A DNA stretch of 62,917 bases from Geosiphon pyriformis uo1. Taxonomy: Eukaryota > Fungi > Glomeromycota. The notes beneath the pieces are model-generated. The model worked only from the letters and a program-made list of their open reading frames with translations. It searched no databases and was not told the origin of the DNA. Below are positions 24,401-39,026 of this stretch, in pieces (the stretch's first letter is position 1; each line of letters begins with the position of its first letter). The stretch spans positions 25,008 to 87,924 of the forward strand of contig JAAOMT010000787.1 in assembly GCA_016748015.1 (NCBI GenBank), in the 5' to 3' direction. A program made the translations under genes and the position numbers.

Positions 24401-27400
24401 TTTTATAATCAGAAACAAAATCATAAAATATAAACAAAAAACATTGTTTATAAATATGACTTAAAATTATCTGTATAATCTGAAATGCATTAATATAGTT
24501 TTTGTTTATTTTTGATTTTGATTTATTTTAATCAAAATTTTTTTTTATTTTAACAAAATATATTAATACATTATTAATATTAACTAAATAAAAAAACAAA
24601 ATTTACAGAAAAAATACCCTATATTTTATTTCACTACAAGTTTTTATTAAATAAATAAAACATAAAAACAATGCTAATATATTTTATGGCTCCTACTAAT
24701 ATCTCTTCATTTTATATATGTAGTGAACAATTCTAGCTCTATTGGACTCGAGTAATAGTGAACACTAAATTTGCCTTAATGTTTGGAGGTGCTTTTGATT
24801 GTATTTTGTTATTGCTTTCGGCTATGAAATATGAACACCATGTTCTTTATGCTGCAGCCATTTATATTATTCAGTCTAGTGTATTATGAGATATGAATAC
24901 CATATTCTTAATGATTATGCCTGCTGTGATCATTTATTTTGTTCTCTTATCAGACTTTTTAGGCAAAGGGGAAAGACTGACTTAAATGTTGATCTTATGG
25001 TTTAAGGGGGATGTAAATTGTCATGATTTGATTCAGCCAATTATAAGATTTGAAATCATATGACTCAATTCAATAAACGTAATTTTATCATTCTTTTTTT
25101 CAATGCCAGTTTAACAATATATCTTTCTCTCTTACCAATTCTTTTCTCTTACTTACCATTCTATCTCTCTCTCCCTTCTCTCTCATTTACTTCTCTCACA
25201 CACCTATTCTTCTCTTTTACTTACTCTTTTTACACTTATTCACCAAACTAAGAAGTTGATATTTAAGTCATTAAGCATTGGAATGAGAGTTAAAGATCAG
25301 TATCTTTTCACATTTTTTAGAGGATGTGAACACCTACTGTGTTTTGATCAGACATATGCGCACACATTGTGATAGAAAAATAGTCTGAGATTCATGCTTA
25401 TAAGCTTCGCACTATAAGCTTTGTGCTCGGAAAAGTGGAAAATACTTAAAGAAATTAGTGAAGATAATTCTCCCTATACTATTAGAATAGAAAAGAAGAG
25501 TTGTATAGGTTTTATGTTTACCATGACATGCATATTTTTGTTTCACAGCAATTGTGTTATACCTCATTTTAATAGTATGGAGAAGAAAAATGTCTGGGTC
25601 TTAACTTCTCTGTGGTGTTTACTTTTGCTTTTCTTGGCATGAGATGTATCTTGTGACTACTGGTCAAGTAAGAGGCAATTCAGACTAGCATATGCTTTCT
25701 GTGATTTGCGCTGTCTCATATTGGCTCAATATTTTATTGATCTTTTTTTTATACCATTCTAGACTCAAAGCGTAAAACCAAACAACTGTTAACTACCTTG
25801 TTTTAGTGGACCAAACGCGATCAACTTCTTGTTATTTATTGCCTCCTTTTGCTTCACCGCTATCACTTTCCACAGATTATTGTTTTTTTTCTCAATACGA
25901 GTTAAACAATATATAAATTAACTTAATACTTTTAAACTAAATTAGTAGTTGCCTTTTTTTCTCACTTACTTCTCTCTCTTACCTATCTTTTTCTCTCACT
26001 TACCCTTCTCTTTCACTTATCCTTCTCTCTCATTTATTTACCAAACTAAGAAGTTGATATTCAATTCATTGAGCATTGAAACGAGAATTAAAAGTCAGTA
26101 TTTTTTCACATTTTTCAGAGAATGTGAACACTTATTATGTTTTGATCAGACATATGCGCACACATTGTGGTAAAAAAATGGTCTGAGATTCGTGCTTATA
26201 AGCTTTACGTTATAAGCTTTGTGCTCGGAAAAGTGGAAAATGCTTAAAAAAATTAGTAAAGGTAATTTTCCCTATATTAATAGGATAAGGAAAAAGAGTT
26301 GTCCAGATTTTATATTCACCATGACATGCACATTTTTGTTTCATAGCAATTGTGTTATACTTTATTCTAATAGTATAAAGAAAAAAAATGTCTGAGTCTT
26401 AACTTCTTTATGGCATTCACTTTTGCTTTTCTTGATATGAGATGTATTCTGTGACTACTGGTCAAGTGGAAGGCAATCCAGACTAGCATATACTTTTTGT
26501 GCTGTTTCATATTGGCTCAATATTTTATTGATCTTTTTTTTATACCATTCTAGACTCAAAGCATAAAGCTAAACAACTGTCAGTTAAGAAACTTTCTGTT
26601 TTTCCTATTTTAAATATTATTCTATTGAATCATTACTTTAAATTAGTAACTTTTTAAAAATACAATATTAATATAATGCTAGAAACAATCTATTCATGCA
26701 ATTATTCTTTCAACTATTCCATTTAAATATCAATTTTAAACATGTATTCTACAAATTACCTTTTAATTTACTCTACCAGTAGCTATCATAAAATTTCCCC
26801 ACTTAAATTCCAGTTCTTAAACAATTCAACCATATTACTATTATTTTCTTGTTCAATTGGATGAAAAATAACAGGTATTCAGAACAATGATTGTGTGTGT
26901 ATATGTGCGGCCTCAACAATTACTGCCAGGTCATCATTATCCATTTCAAATTCATCTGATTTTGTTTGTCACCTCAGTGAAAAAAGTCCATAACAAGGAT
27001 CAAATTTTACATCAGATCATGGATTTGATTCACTACCTTGAATATTTGGGATACTATACAAGATTAATAGATAAGATCTTATTAAAAAAATTTAATTAGC
27101 TGTTAGTATTGAGCCATGTAATAATAATAGTAGTTGGGTGATTCCGAAAAAAGCTCATAGTCATAAAGCTCAATTGCGGCAAAACCAAAGACCAAAAAAT
27201 ATTAAGCTGATAGCTATAGCCATAACTAGAACTAAAATAAATATGATTAGCCAGTATGGCAATCGTGATTTGGATGATACTTAGTCTTGATTTGATGGTT
27301 CTCCAAATATACTAATTTCTTGATTCTGAATATTTGGATCTGCTTTGTCATTTTCTGCTTTCATATTCAGATTGTTTATTTTTGGCAGTTTGAAATTGTT

Positions 27401-27836
27401 GGAAGGAATATTAGTACAATTTTGTGTTCTTGAGTCAAATTACGAAATGTCATATTGAAAACTTGGAGTGTGTTCAGAGTATTGCCACATGCTGGTAACA
27501 TATCTTGTAACAAGCATCCATCATAAATTTAGGGATTAATATAATTGGGCATAATTTTTTCAAAAAATGGCAGAGTTTTTACTTAGGAGAAATGTGTCTG
27601 ATCCTGAAAACTGAGCAAATGAAACATCACACTTTGGTTTTATTTCAGTAAAAGAAATATTTGGCTGTATTTACAGTGTGATTATATCCACAGGAAAAAT
27701 ATTAACAAGAGGATATCCAGTTTGTCCATTATATACAAAAAAAAAAAAAAATTATTTCTTACACCAGCAGCACCATCTCAAACACCATATAGTAATTTAA
27801 TATTTGGAAAAATTTATTTGTTTCTTTGATTTAAAG
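24401..27836. repeat. Right arm of the inverted duplication (empty site for the solo LTR near 26900)
   Basis: Mirror ORFs are visible in the supplied track (22375-22599 minus vs 25949-26173 plus; 22889-23089 minus vs 25421-25642 plus). Confidence 0.9.
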
Positions 27837-30800
27837 TATATATTTCACGTAAGATTTCTAAATTAGGATTTATTTGGAAAGTAGTCTTCTAATTGCCACA
27901 AATTGTCTTTAGACAAGATTATTATTCTACTTCTTTGGTGCATTAATGAATTTCTGCAAAATTTATATTAGTTGGAAGTATATTTAAGATGAGTAGTTTT
28001 TTAACAATCTTATTATTCACCACAAAAGTTTTTCAGAAAAAACTTATGCTTTTTTGTGCTTCGCTCCAAATTCATAGAATACACTTCCATCATAGTTTTC
28101 ATAGCATTCTATCAAACAAACCAACAAACAATTATTTTAAATTTTAAAAAAAACTTTGTGATAAATAAACCTGCAATAGCATTATATTTACAAAAAAATA
28201 ATTTAAAAATTTATTACTGTTCCACATTTTATAATAATAAGTATGAAAATTGAAAGCTTAAAAATTGAATACCTGGCACTTTTGCAAAAGTCTTGGTTTC
28301 AAACTTCTTGAGACAAATGTAAATCATTAAAGGTAGACACTCAATGATTTATGCTAGTTTAGTTTATGTTACATAAATAATTTAATGCTTTATGAAGAAA
28401 CAGTTGAAGTTTTTCAGGATTTTTTATGTGAAAAGAGAATTTATGAAATGCTAACATGAATACATATCTCGTATAATTTTGAATTTTTCTTGTAATTCTG
28501 TTTGACTTTTTTTCTGTGTCTTATCCTGATTAAAAAATTTTTAACTTTTTGCAAGCAAAAATTAAATGACATGAATATTCATCTTACATTTAAATAATTT
28601 CAATTTTTTCTTATACTTGGCTTTAATATGAATATGAAATGTTTTAAAGATGCATAATTTAATTATTTTTGAAAAAATCATAAAAAGATATTGGTTAAAG
28701 TTTAAGCATTCAAACTTCCTTTTTATTTCAATTCTAAATATTTTTTATTGATAAAGCTTTGAGCATTTATTAATTTTTAAAAAATTCATTTTGGTTTTAT
28801 TTCTTATCAACTTTTTATAATCTCTAATTTTAAAATGTGTAGTTTGAGTTCAAGTGTTTTATTTATATAATCATTTATCTGAATTTGTATAGACAGAAAA
28901 CAGTAAATTAATTTTATTTGAAAATTCAGCTACACTTATTCAATAACAAAATATCATTATTATAATAAACTTGAAATTCCGTTTCAAAAATAATCTTAAA
29001 TGCCTGTAAATAAAAAAACTTTGCTATAAAACTTAGTAATTCATCAAGTAATAACATTATTCACGAAAATAAAAATTCTACAAATCTTTAAAAGGTTCAA
29101 ATTTATATGAAATTGGCAAATGAAGGATTGTCAGATAAGATTACATTCAATTAAATCATGTCAATATTTATTATTAGGAAGTAAATAAAAGCATAGTTGT
29201 TTTTTTTACTATTGAATACAAGATATCACTTTTATATGTAAATATTACTTAAGATTAATAATATTTTTCTAATCACAATAAGATCTCTGTTTTGGGATAT
29301 TTACTAGAAAACTGCTATAGGGAAAGGAAACTAGCCAAAGTTCAAGTAATTTCATTGTGTGAAAATCCAATATATTTGAGATGGGCACCATATAAATATA
29401 ACTAAATAAAACTAAATCTTACAATTTATGATCATAAGATATATATTATAGTCTTTTAATAAATACTTTTTTTTTTAAGTTTATAATTTTTATTGAAAAA
29501 AAAACAGAACTTATCGCTTAACACTAATATTATTTTAAACTCTCAATTTATTTTTTTCATTTCTAGCTATGATATTGGTTACTTTTAAAAGATAAATTCA
29601 TAATTTTTACTTATTAACCATTAATAAAATAAAAGATTAAACCATTATATAAATAAAACAAGTCTTTTATATTTTGATTTATCATTTATTCAAATATGTT
29701 ATGAAAACTCAAATTTGATTGAGACTTGGTTTTTGCAATTAATATTTTGAATTTTTCAATATTTAATATTCCAAAAATGATTTTTTTAGGATTTAATAAT
29801 TGAAAGTTCAATTTTTTCTCAAAGTTAATTGGTTATAAACAATAATGGGATTTAAGGAAACAAAACTTCATTCATTTATAAAGAAATTTAGTCTATCAAA
29901 TCCATCTAATTAAGTGTGTTAAGAGAAGGTTTTGATTGATTAATTCTGAGTCTTTAAAATTCCCCATTATTTTGGTCTTAAATATTTTTCTTGAGAGATA
30001 ATTCTCAAGTGACTCTATAACTTGATGCAATCAAATCACCTTTAGAAATTAGAGCCGAATTTTCAGTATTTTTTGATTGATTTAAAGATATTTTTTGACC
30101 TGAACTATCAGCCAAAAAGGGTCGAATAAACAGTTGAGTTGGTAAAAAAAAAGATGTGGTCTCAAAATCAATAGAAAAAAGCAAAAAGAAAAATATTATT
30201 TAAGTGTAATGAGAATTGCAAAAATGATATTCCAATAATTTGTAGCACAGATTTCTAAATTAATTCGGTTTCTATATATTGGCCAAAGAAATTATCTATT
30301 ATTTTTAAGCAATAAATTCTATCAAAAACTTGAAATTTTTTTTGAATTTTTCTCTTACAAATATTTTTAGTTGTGATTAAAAACTGAATTTTTGAAAGAT
30401 AGCTTGAATCTCAAGTTTCAACAAAATAAACAAATTTAACTTGAGCCAATAAAGTGGGAGTTTATATTTGCAATTTTAGTATTAATTAAGTAATCAAAAT
30501 TAGTGTCAGCAAATATCCATAAAAAACTAAGCATTAAATATTTATAAATGTTCATTAATTTCAAAGCTTTTACTTTCAATTTTTAAATACTAAATATTAA
30601 TATTTTTTACAAATACAGTATAATTACTTATTATAATACACTCACAAGAGATTCCAAAATAAGTATGACTTATGCTTTTTTTATACATAACCAGTTGTTT
30701 AAGTTAATAAAAGCTATATTACATGTTTACAGTACTAAAAACTCTAGCAAACTTACAAAAACTGTTAAAAACTGACAGCAAACTAGCAGCAAGACCAAAA

Positions 30801-31799
30801 CTAATAGACCAATTCTGAAAGTTCTATAAATTAAGCATTATTGAATTATGTATATTAACCAAAATCAAATTATAATTAAAAATTAAACTCTTTTTTTAAT
30901 ACTTAGCTTTCAGCTTAAATTTAATAATTAAATGTATATTTTATAAAATATAGCCAAATTTTGAACAAGATTTATAATATAAAAATCAGTTTTGGTGGTA
31001 TTTTTAAGTACCAAAAGTAAATTAAAAATCCAATTCTTAAAAATAAAATCTTTAGCAATAATTATATATATGTAATTATTAAAAACAATATTATGTAATA
31101 ACTAATAAATAAGCAAGTTTACAAATAATTTATTAATTAAAACAATTTATTTATTAAAACAGTTATTAATAATTACTATTTTTATAACAAAATTAAAAGT
31201 GGACAAAAAGATATAGTTAGAGTTTCTTTAAATTACAATAAATCTTATTTACATTTAAATACTAAGATTATAAAGTTTTTTCTTGTAATAATCAGTAATT
31301 TTTTGTAAAAACTTTTTTAAAATAAATATTAAAACCAATAATATTGTAATTTAATAAATTAGTTTTCAGATTGCCATTTAAATATTATACTAAAATAGTT
31401 TTTATTAGATTAAAATTTCTTGCTAAAGATTTATTTACAAATTTAATAACAATTTATTTCTAAAATAAAATGTATTAAAAAAACTATTAACAAAAAAAAT
31501 ACTATACTTTAAAAAATATTTATTATACTAACCAAAAAATTGTTCAAAAAACTAATAAATAACTTTACAGAATATTAAAATAAATTTTATAATGTTAACT
31601 TAAACTTATAAATTTATTGTTTAGCAAATAAAAAATTCGCAAAAAATATTATCAATATTTGTAAATATAATTACACAAATTATTTTTTCTATAAATTAAA
31701 TCTGTTTAAACTATATAATAAAGAATAATACAAAACTGGATATAATAAGTAATTTTTTTTAATATACTTAATTTTAACATAAAACACAAATTTATGTGT

Positions 31800-34000
31800 T
31801 TTATGACTATAATTAAAACAAAAAGTAAAAAAACTACATCTAAAATCTCTTCTAAAATATCTAATAAAGTTTTAATCAAAAAAGTTTTTTCTGTTGTAAA
31901 AGCAGTCAGACAGAATATCTTAAAAGCTTTTTTTATAGTTAATAATAGTAAAAGACTATTTTTAGTAATTATTATAGCTTTTTTTGGCTTGTTTTTTACC
32001 AATTAAAGTTTTCTCAAAAAACATACTTAAATTAGTTTTAGTGTTGCTTTTATTTCTTTTAAGAATTCAAAAATCTTTAATAACAGACTAATTACTAAGT
32101 TGATTTTTTTTGCTTTTGTTGTTGCTTTTAGTATCACTAATATTTCTTTTTTAATAATAGTCAAAAAAACCAAGAACCCAAAAAAACAGCAGTAGTTGTT
32201 TGCTTTTATTATTGTTATATTAAATCTATTTATAGTTTTTAATGAAATTTTTATTATATTATCTAGCATATTATTCAAAATAAATCAAGATTAATCATTA
32301 ATTATATTGTTAAATATAATGTTTTTTGGGAAATTTTTGCCAGTTTTAAAAGCAAAACAACAATCTTTTGTTAAGTTATTTGTTCTTAAAAACTGGTTTA
32401 ACCAAATAAAAACTGAATCATTATTATTATTTTTGGTTTTTGGTGCTGCTATTGGTAGTGCTTAAGAAGTTATTGCTAATTATTAAAGATTTACTAAGTG
32501 AATAATCTTTATTTTAGTGTTAAACACTATTTTTAAGATTAGATTAGCTTATATTAAAACTGTTTTTTAATTTATACATAATTTTTTGAATATAAAATCG
32601 ATTATAAAAGGCAATATAAAACTTTTTTGTATAGAATTTGCTTTTTAATAGTTTTTAAAAACTGTGTTTTTAATTAAGCTTAAAAGTTTTATTTATTTAA
32701 TCACTCTTAAGATTGTCAAATTTTTGGTAGTTTCTGAGTTTAGTTCTTTTTTTACTATTATTGTATTGTATAATATGTTTTTAAGTAAATTTATTGCTAA
32801 TATTAAAACAATTTTGGTGTTTTTAGTGAAGTTGCTTATATTGTGCTAAAGTTTATTAATGTTTTGCAATATATAGTTATTTATTTTAAAAAATTAAGTG
32901 TTATTGTATTTATTTTTAATTACAAATCAGTTTTATTGAACAAGAATAGTGTTCAAATATTTTTTTTGTGAATTAAAAAAAGACAATTTTGTCTTATAAT
33001 AAGTTTAAAACCAAGTTAATCAACTTTTTTTCTGGCTATATTGTTTTTAAAATTAATGAAATAATTGTTTAAATTAATAATTAGACTTGTTTTATTTTTT
33101 GTTTACTTGATTTTGATCATTAGTTCTAATTTACACTAGTTATTTGGCTTTTAGAGTAATTTAAATACTACTGTTGTTAAAACTGGTACTTTAAAAAAAA
33201 TTACATCTGATAAAAAACTTTTAAAAATTAATATTGTTTTAGAATGTTAGAATTTAGATTATTTGGCTATGAATTGTAAAATGTTTCTATCTTACTTTTT
33301 TAATCTTTCCAAGATATTTGTGTTTTATTTTGTTAATACTAAGTTTTATGTTATAGCTATTATGTCTAAGTTTTTTCAGGTTTTATTTTTTTAATTGACT
33401 TTACTTTTTTTGTTACAATTATATTTAGTAATTCTATAATGTCCTTTTAATTGATCTTTTTAAAAGCTAATTTGGCCAAACTTTTTGTATTAGTTAAATT
33501 TATTATTAAGCTTATTAATTTTTTAATTATTGTATTTGAACAATTTGTCAATAGTAATATTGTTTTAATTAAAACATTTGGTCTTAAAATTAATGAAGTT
33601 TTGATGTATATAAATGCTTTTAACAAAGCTATTAATAAGCCAAAACATAAGATAATTGCTTTGAAGTCTGAATATAGCTATAAGAATATTGATATAACTG
33701 GTTGTTAAATAAGTTTGTCTACAATAAATAATAATATATTTTTTAATTTGATGTTATTTAAGAACAAAAATCTATTGCTATGAAAATTAATACATTAAAA
33801 ACAGCTAAATAGTTGGTTAAATTAGTTAATAATAGTGTTATATTGTTTAAAATTGTTTAAAAAATGGCTTCTTTGGGTAAATTTTCTTTTAAAGTATTAA
33901 TATAATATAATTTAAATTAATATAAATAGTTAGATACATGTAAAAAGTACATAAACTACATTTAGCATTAAAATACTTAGTTTGCTCTTAATTTCTAAAT
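31800..34000 (+). mobile_element. Ancient, AT-eroded LINE relic (ORF1 and start of ORF2), a different family from the LINE at 35650
   Basis: 33235-33277 reads C-F-R-C-*-N-L-D-Y-L-A-M-N-C (one extra base), i.e. a CX2CX4HX4C knuckle after C>T changes. 33864 MASLGKFSFKVLI resembles the start of an APE endonuclease. Boundaries are approximate. Confidence 0.5.
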
Positions 34001-35800
34001 AGTAGTTAGATCATATTTATTAATTAAAAAAAAACTTAATATTTAAATACATTTTCTTTAAACTAAATTTAAACAAACTTTTAATTAACAAAAAATATTT
34101 AAATATTTGTATATTTTTTTATTAATAACAAAAATAAATAAGTCATTAATATTTAATAAAAATATCTGATTTTTTGGTTAATAAAAATATTATTAATCTT
34201 AAGTAACTATTTAATTATTTTTAATTCAGATTGTATTATTAATAAATATATTAGCTGTTAAGTAAAAATTTAAATTGAATTAAGTCTTAATTTTATTAAT
34301 TTTAGCCACAAACTTGGTATTAATTTTGTATTTATATAAATTTTTATATCTTTTGATTTTATATATAAAAAAATTATAAAATATTTTTTAAAACAGTAAA
34401 AAAAAACTTTTTTTAATTTAAATTATTATGTACTCTGTAGTTAATTATTAAGTAAAAATTTTTAAATTATTAACTTTATTATTATAAATATTTCAAAAAA
34501 ATTTAATAAAATTTTTACACATTTTAATTTTAATTGAATTATTTTTTATATAGTACCAACTTATTAAGTTATAAATTTTTTAAATATTATATAAACTAAT
34601 TACAATTTTTAATTCTTTTTAAAGCATTTTTTATTATTGAACTCATCATAAAAATAAGAGATTAAGTTATTATTACAAAAAAAATTAAATTTACTATAAA
34701 TAAAAAAATCTAATTAGAAAAATATTTCAATTAAAACATAAAATAAGTATTTATCAAAACTTATTTCTACTTACACAGTTTAAGAATTATTAATATTTGT
34801 ATAATTTAAAAACCAATTTATATAACAAATATATATTTAACAAATTTAACAACAAATTAAAACAGTATATAACAACTTTTTAAATTAAGCTAATTATTAA
34901 AATAATAACTTATTAAGTTTTAAAAACAAATCAAAATTTTCTATTTTGTTAGTAAATTTATTACCATTATTATTAATTTTTCATTTTTAATTTTATTTTT
35001 TCTAAATTAAATAACTACAATTTTGTTATTAATAGACACATTTAAATTTTTATTATTATTATATTATTTACTTAATTTTGCTTAAAAAAAAAATAATAAT
35101 TTATGTTTTAAATAAAACTGCAAAACTATATTTAATTTTTTTGTTAACTTATTTATTTGTTTTATAAAGTCAATAAAACTGATTTTTAATTAACAAATTA
35201 TAATTTCATATTTTTTAAAACAAACAAAGAAATTTAACATTTATAGATAAACTAATACTAAGAAAAGCATAAAAAAAAACTAAAAAAACACTTTTTGTAA
35301 CTTAAATTTAAGTTTTTCTAATAAAAAAATAAAAAAATAATAAAAACTTATTTTTTAACATAAATATACAATAATTATTACTTAGTAAGTTTAATAATAT
35401 TTTTTTAATTTGATTGAAAACTTTTTTAACAAAGTTATAATTTATAATCATATTTAATCTATTTATATTTAATATAAAAAGACAAAACCAAACTAATTAA
35501 TACAATTCTACATTTTTGAAAACAAAAACTGTATAAAAAACATTTTACTGAGATTTTTTAGTTTTAAAACAAATAATTACATATTTTATACAATTGTAAA
35601 ACACCAGATTTTAATTAATTACATATATTTTATACTATATAATACCAAATTAAATAAAACAAAAACTTCTTTTTCTTATTTATCCCAAATTCTCAAAAAA
35701 AGTCAAAAGTTTTTTTGAAAGAAGTTTTTTCAACATTCAGTACAATAAAACCAAACCATTTTTTGATTTCGAGACTACTATTGGTCCTATTATTGCTGTT

Positions 35801-37581
35801 ATAAAGAAAACTATTAAAGGTTCTGGTTCTGAAGATGGTTTCAAGACTGTTGCATTGAGAAAAAAGAGAGAGGGAGGTGTATTGAAAAAGAGTATTGATA
35901 ATAAAGGGGTTGTTGCTAAAGCTCCTGGTGTTTGTTTATGGAGTTCTGAAACCAGTGACACTATGGAATCTGAGAGTATTGACATGGAGAAAAAGTGCTT
36001 GGTTGAAGAAACCAGTGTCAATTATGGTAAAAGTGGTTCTTTTGCAGAAGGGGATCCTGATCATATACCAAAAGGTTTGCGTGTGAAAACAAGAAAGTGT
36101 TGGGAAAGCCGCTGGGTATGATTGATTATAATACTGTCAATGCAGAAGATGATGTGTTGAATGATTTTTTTCTTCTTCTACCTTCTCTTCCTATCAAGCC
36201 ATCTATTCAGGTGTCTGTTTGCAAATCTTTTGCTTTAGATATTGATCTTATGGCTGTCGCTGAGAAGTTTTTTCAAAAAAAATTGAGTTTTGTGAGAAAA
36301 ATTTTCTCTGGTGTGAATGGTTTTGGGAGGGCCTCTACCTCTTCAAAATTTGGTGGTATCATCTGAGCAACTTTTACTTTAGAATTGGCAATAATGACTG
36401 CTGGAAAATTGGCACATGATTGTGGTGTTGTGGTAAACACCAATCTTAAGTGCTCTGGCAACAATCATACAAATCAGACAATTGTGTTAAAAGAAATTCC
36501 TGTGAGAACATCTTTGGAGACTGTGCAAGCTGTGGTGTTTAAATTTGGTAAGATTGTGAAATCAAGATGCAACTAGTTGATTTGTGGCAAAAGGCGATTA
36601 TCGAGATGGAAGATCTAAATCAGGTTGATCTCTTGGCAGCCAAATAGTCTATTCTAATCAGGAAAGATGTGGTTTGCATGGCCAGGGCTAATGTGAATAA
36701 ACAAACATGGGATTATAGGGACGAATTCAGGGCGTTGCTTTACATTCTTTTTATAAGAATAAATGCTCATAATTTGTGGAATTTTTTCAGTTTGGTGGGT
36801 GGAAAAACATGTATCATTGGATGCAATTTTATCAACTACACTCATGTGCACTGTGCTACTGTGGGCTTTGAGTTTGAGAAAGTTTTTTTGCAGACTATGG
36901 CTAACACGCTGGTTATAAGGAGTGTGAATCTTCATTGGTTATGTTTGTTTTCTGCTGTATGTTCCTTCTGTGGTTTTCTTGGCCATATTTCATTAGTCTG
37001 CAAGTCAGCTGGTGCTTTTTCCATTTCAAAGAGCAAAAAAACTCCCATCTTGGCTCAAGATTGGTTTAGACTTGCAAGAATTTACAAAAGGAAGTCTGCC
37101 CCAATTTTTTGTCCTTTGGCTTTTGATGGAAAGACTTGGGTGTTGGTGGTCAGCTCTTCTTCTTTGGGTGCTCCACATGAGTTTGATTCTCAGCTTGATT
37201 CCATTGAAAATGGTAAACTTCTTTCTCCAGTAGTGAATGATTTAGAAAGGCATTTGGTTTGCATTGAAAGCAGTCTTGTCATAGAACAAATTGGTGAGTT
37301 GGCTAAGAGGTTGGAATCGTTTATGCCAGCAGTTTCCCAGTCTAGCTCTGGATGTCAGCTGCTAGTGACCCCCCTATCACAGAATCAAGGAGAGGATATA
37401 GTGATAGAAGTGGGTTCAGGTAATGCCACTAGTAACAAAACTGCTGCCATTCTGGATTTAACTGCCTCACCTGAGGTTGTGAAATTGGAAAACATGTTGG
37501 AAGGTCTCTCTGCTTCGGTCAATGTGCTTGGATGGTTTGGCTTTGGCAGATGGTGCTCTTTCTCTACCTCTTTCTCAATGA
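35801..37581 (+). pseudogene. LINE ORF1 (nucleic-acid chaperone, one CCHC knuckle)
   Basis: CSFCGFLGHISLVC knuckle near 36960-37001; C-terminal coiled-coil-like stretch; multiple stops and frameshifts; start ATA probably from ATG. Confidence 0.75.
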
Positions 37582-39026
37582 GTAGTCTGGTATAGAAAAT
37601 TGCCATGTGTAATGTTTATGGGTTGAATAATCCTGTGAAGCAAGATGATGTTATTTATTGGCACAAGGATATGAACAATTTGGTTTCTATTTTTATGGAG
37701 TCAAAGCTTAAAGAAAAAGTTCACCCATGGTTGGCTGACAAATTTGATAGTGTTTGGGTTTTTACTTCTGGTCTGGATTCTGGTTCTTTGGGTGCAGAGG
37801 TGTTAATCGTCGTGAATTCTTCTTTAGCAAAACATGTCTGCAAAGTCTTTGAGGTGCCTAGTTGGCTCCTATCTATCAAGTTGCTTTTCAAAAATAAACT
37901 TTCAGTATCTATTTTGGGGCTCTATGCTGGTGCTTCATCGGTAGTTTGGTTTTCTCAGGCTGGTGAAATCAACTCTCTTATTGCTAAAGCCGTTAATGAG
38001 TCTTCTTTTGTTATTCTTGGTGGTGATTTTAATAAGGATAGTTCTCACAAATGTGCCAGTTTCAAAAAATGTTTTGATTTGGATTTAATTAACTTTCTGG
38101 AGGGGAGCTCTTTTGTGAAGTCACCTACTTGGTGCAATTCTCATGGTATTACTAAGACAATTGACTATGTGTTTGTTTCTTTTAATTTGGTTGGTGCAAT
38201 GGTGGATCGTGGTGTGGATGGCATTGGGAACTATTTTGATACCAATTACAAGACTGTTTATGTTTCTGTGCGACTGAGTGGCCTGCTTGATGTCTGGTTG
38301 AACTCACTACACAAACAAGCAAATAGAAATCATTAGAAGTATGATATTAAAGATGCTAGTGAGATTAAGTGGTCAGAATTCAGAAATGCTACAGCTGCTA
38401 ATGCTGTTATATTCTTGGATGAGTTTGTTACAGCTAAGCAGTTTTCTAATTTGGATGTGATATAAGACATTGTTCATAAAGTTATAATTTTTTCAGCTGG
38501 TAAAACATTCAAGAAAAAATGGTTTAAGGATTTTGATTGTGTTTTTAATAAGGTGTCTTTCTGGTTTCATAAACTGGAGCTACTTGTGTCTAAACTAGTG
38601 AAGGCTTCTCGGTTGGTTTATGGCAGGGATTTTGCCTCATTGTTGGATACTTGGAACAAACTTAATTCTGTGAATGCTTCATTAATAAGATCTCTGTTTT
38701 TTTCTGGCACCAGTTTTGATGCAATTCATTCTAGGCTGGCTAAGGCAAGGAAGTCTTACTGCTCTTCTAAGTTGTTGGAATCTAAGTGTGCTGAAGAATC
38801 TTGTATAAGACAGGCTATTGAGAGGAGAATGGAGAGTTTTGAGGTGGATAAGGGTCACACTATTAGAAGTGTTTTGGAGCATTCTTTTTGTAAAGTGGTG
38901 TTAGATTATTTGGTGAATAGTGGGGAGTTGGCCTTGGAGCCTGAGTTTATTAAATCTAAGATAGATGAAATCATGAAGGGTTGAACTAAGAAATGTGTGG
39001 TGGCTTCTGATATCTCTGGTAATTGG
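37578..39026 (+). pseudogene. LINE ORF2 part 1: APE endonuclease and linker
   Basis: IAMCNVYGLNN, IFMESK, ILGGDFN, PTW, IDYVF and DTNY (TDH) motifs. Confidence 0.88.

Noticed and set aside
25260-25440. Hammerhead ribozyme/retrozyme in the 700-bp unit
   Set aside because: I found no CUGANGA...GAAA core with proper stems by eye.
22108-26173. Repeated small hydrophobic ORFs in the palindrome
   Set aside because: They arise from CT-rich repeat units, and starts and stops are not conserved among the four copies.
19714-27836. Palindrome as an MDA or assembly inversion artefact
   Set aside because: The arms are diverged and differ by a TSD-flanked insertion.
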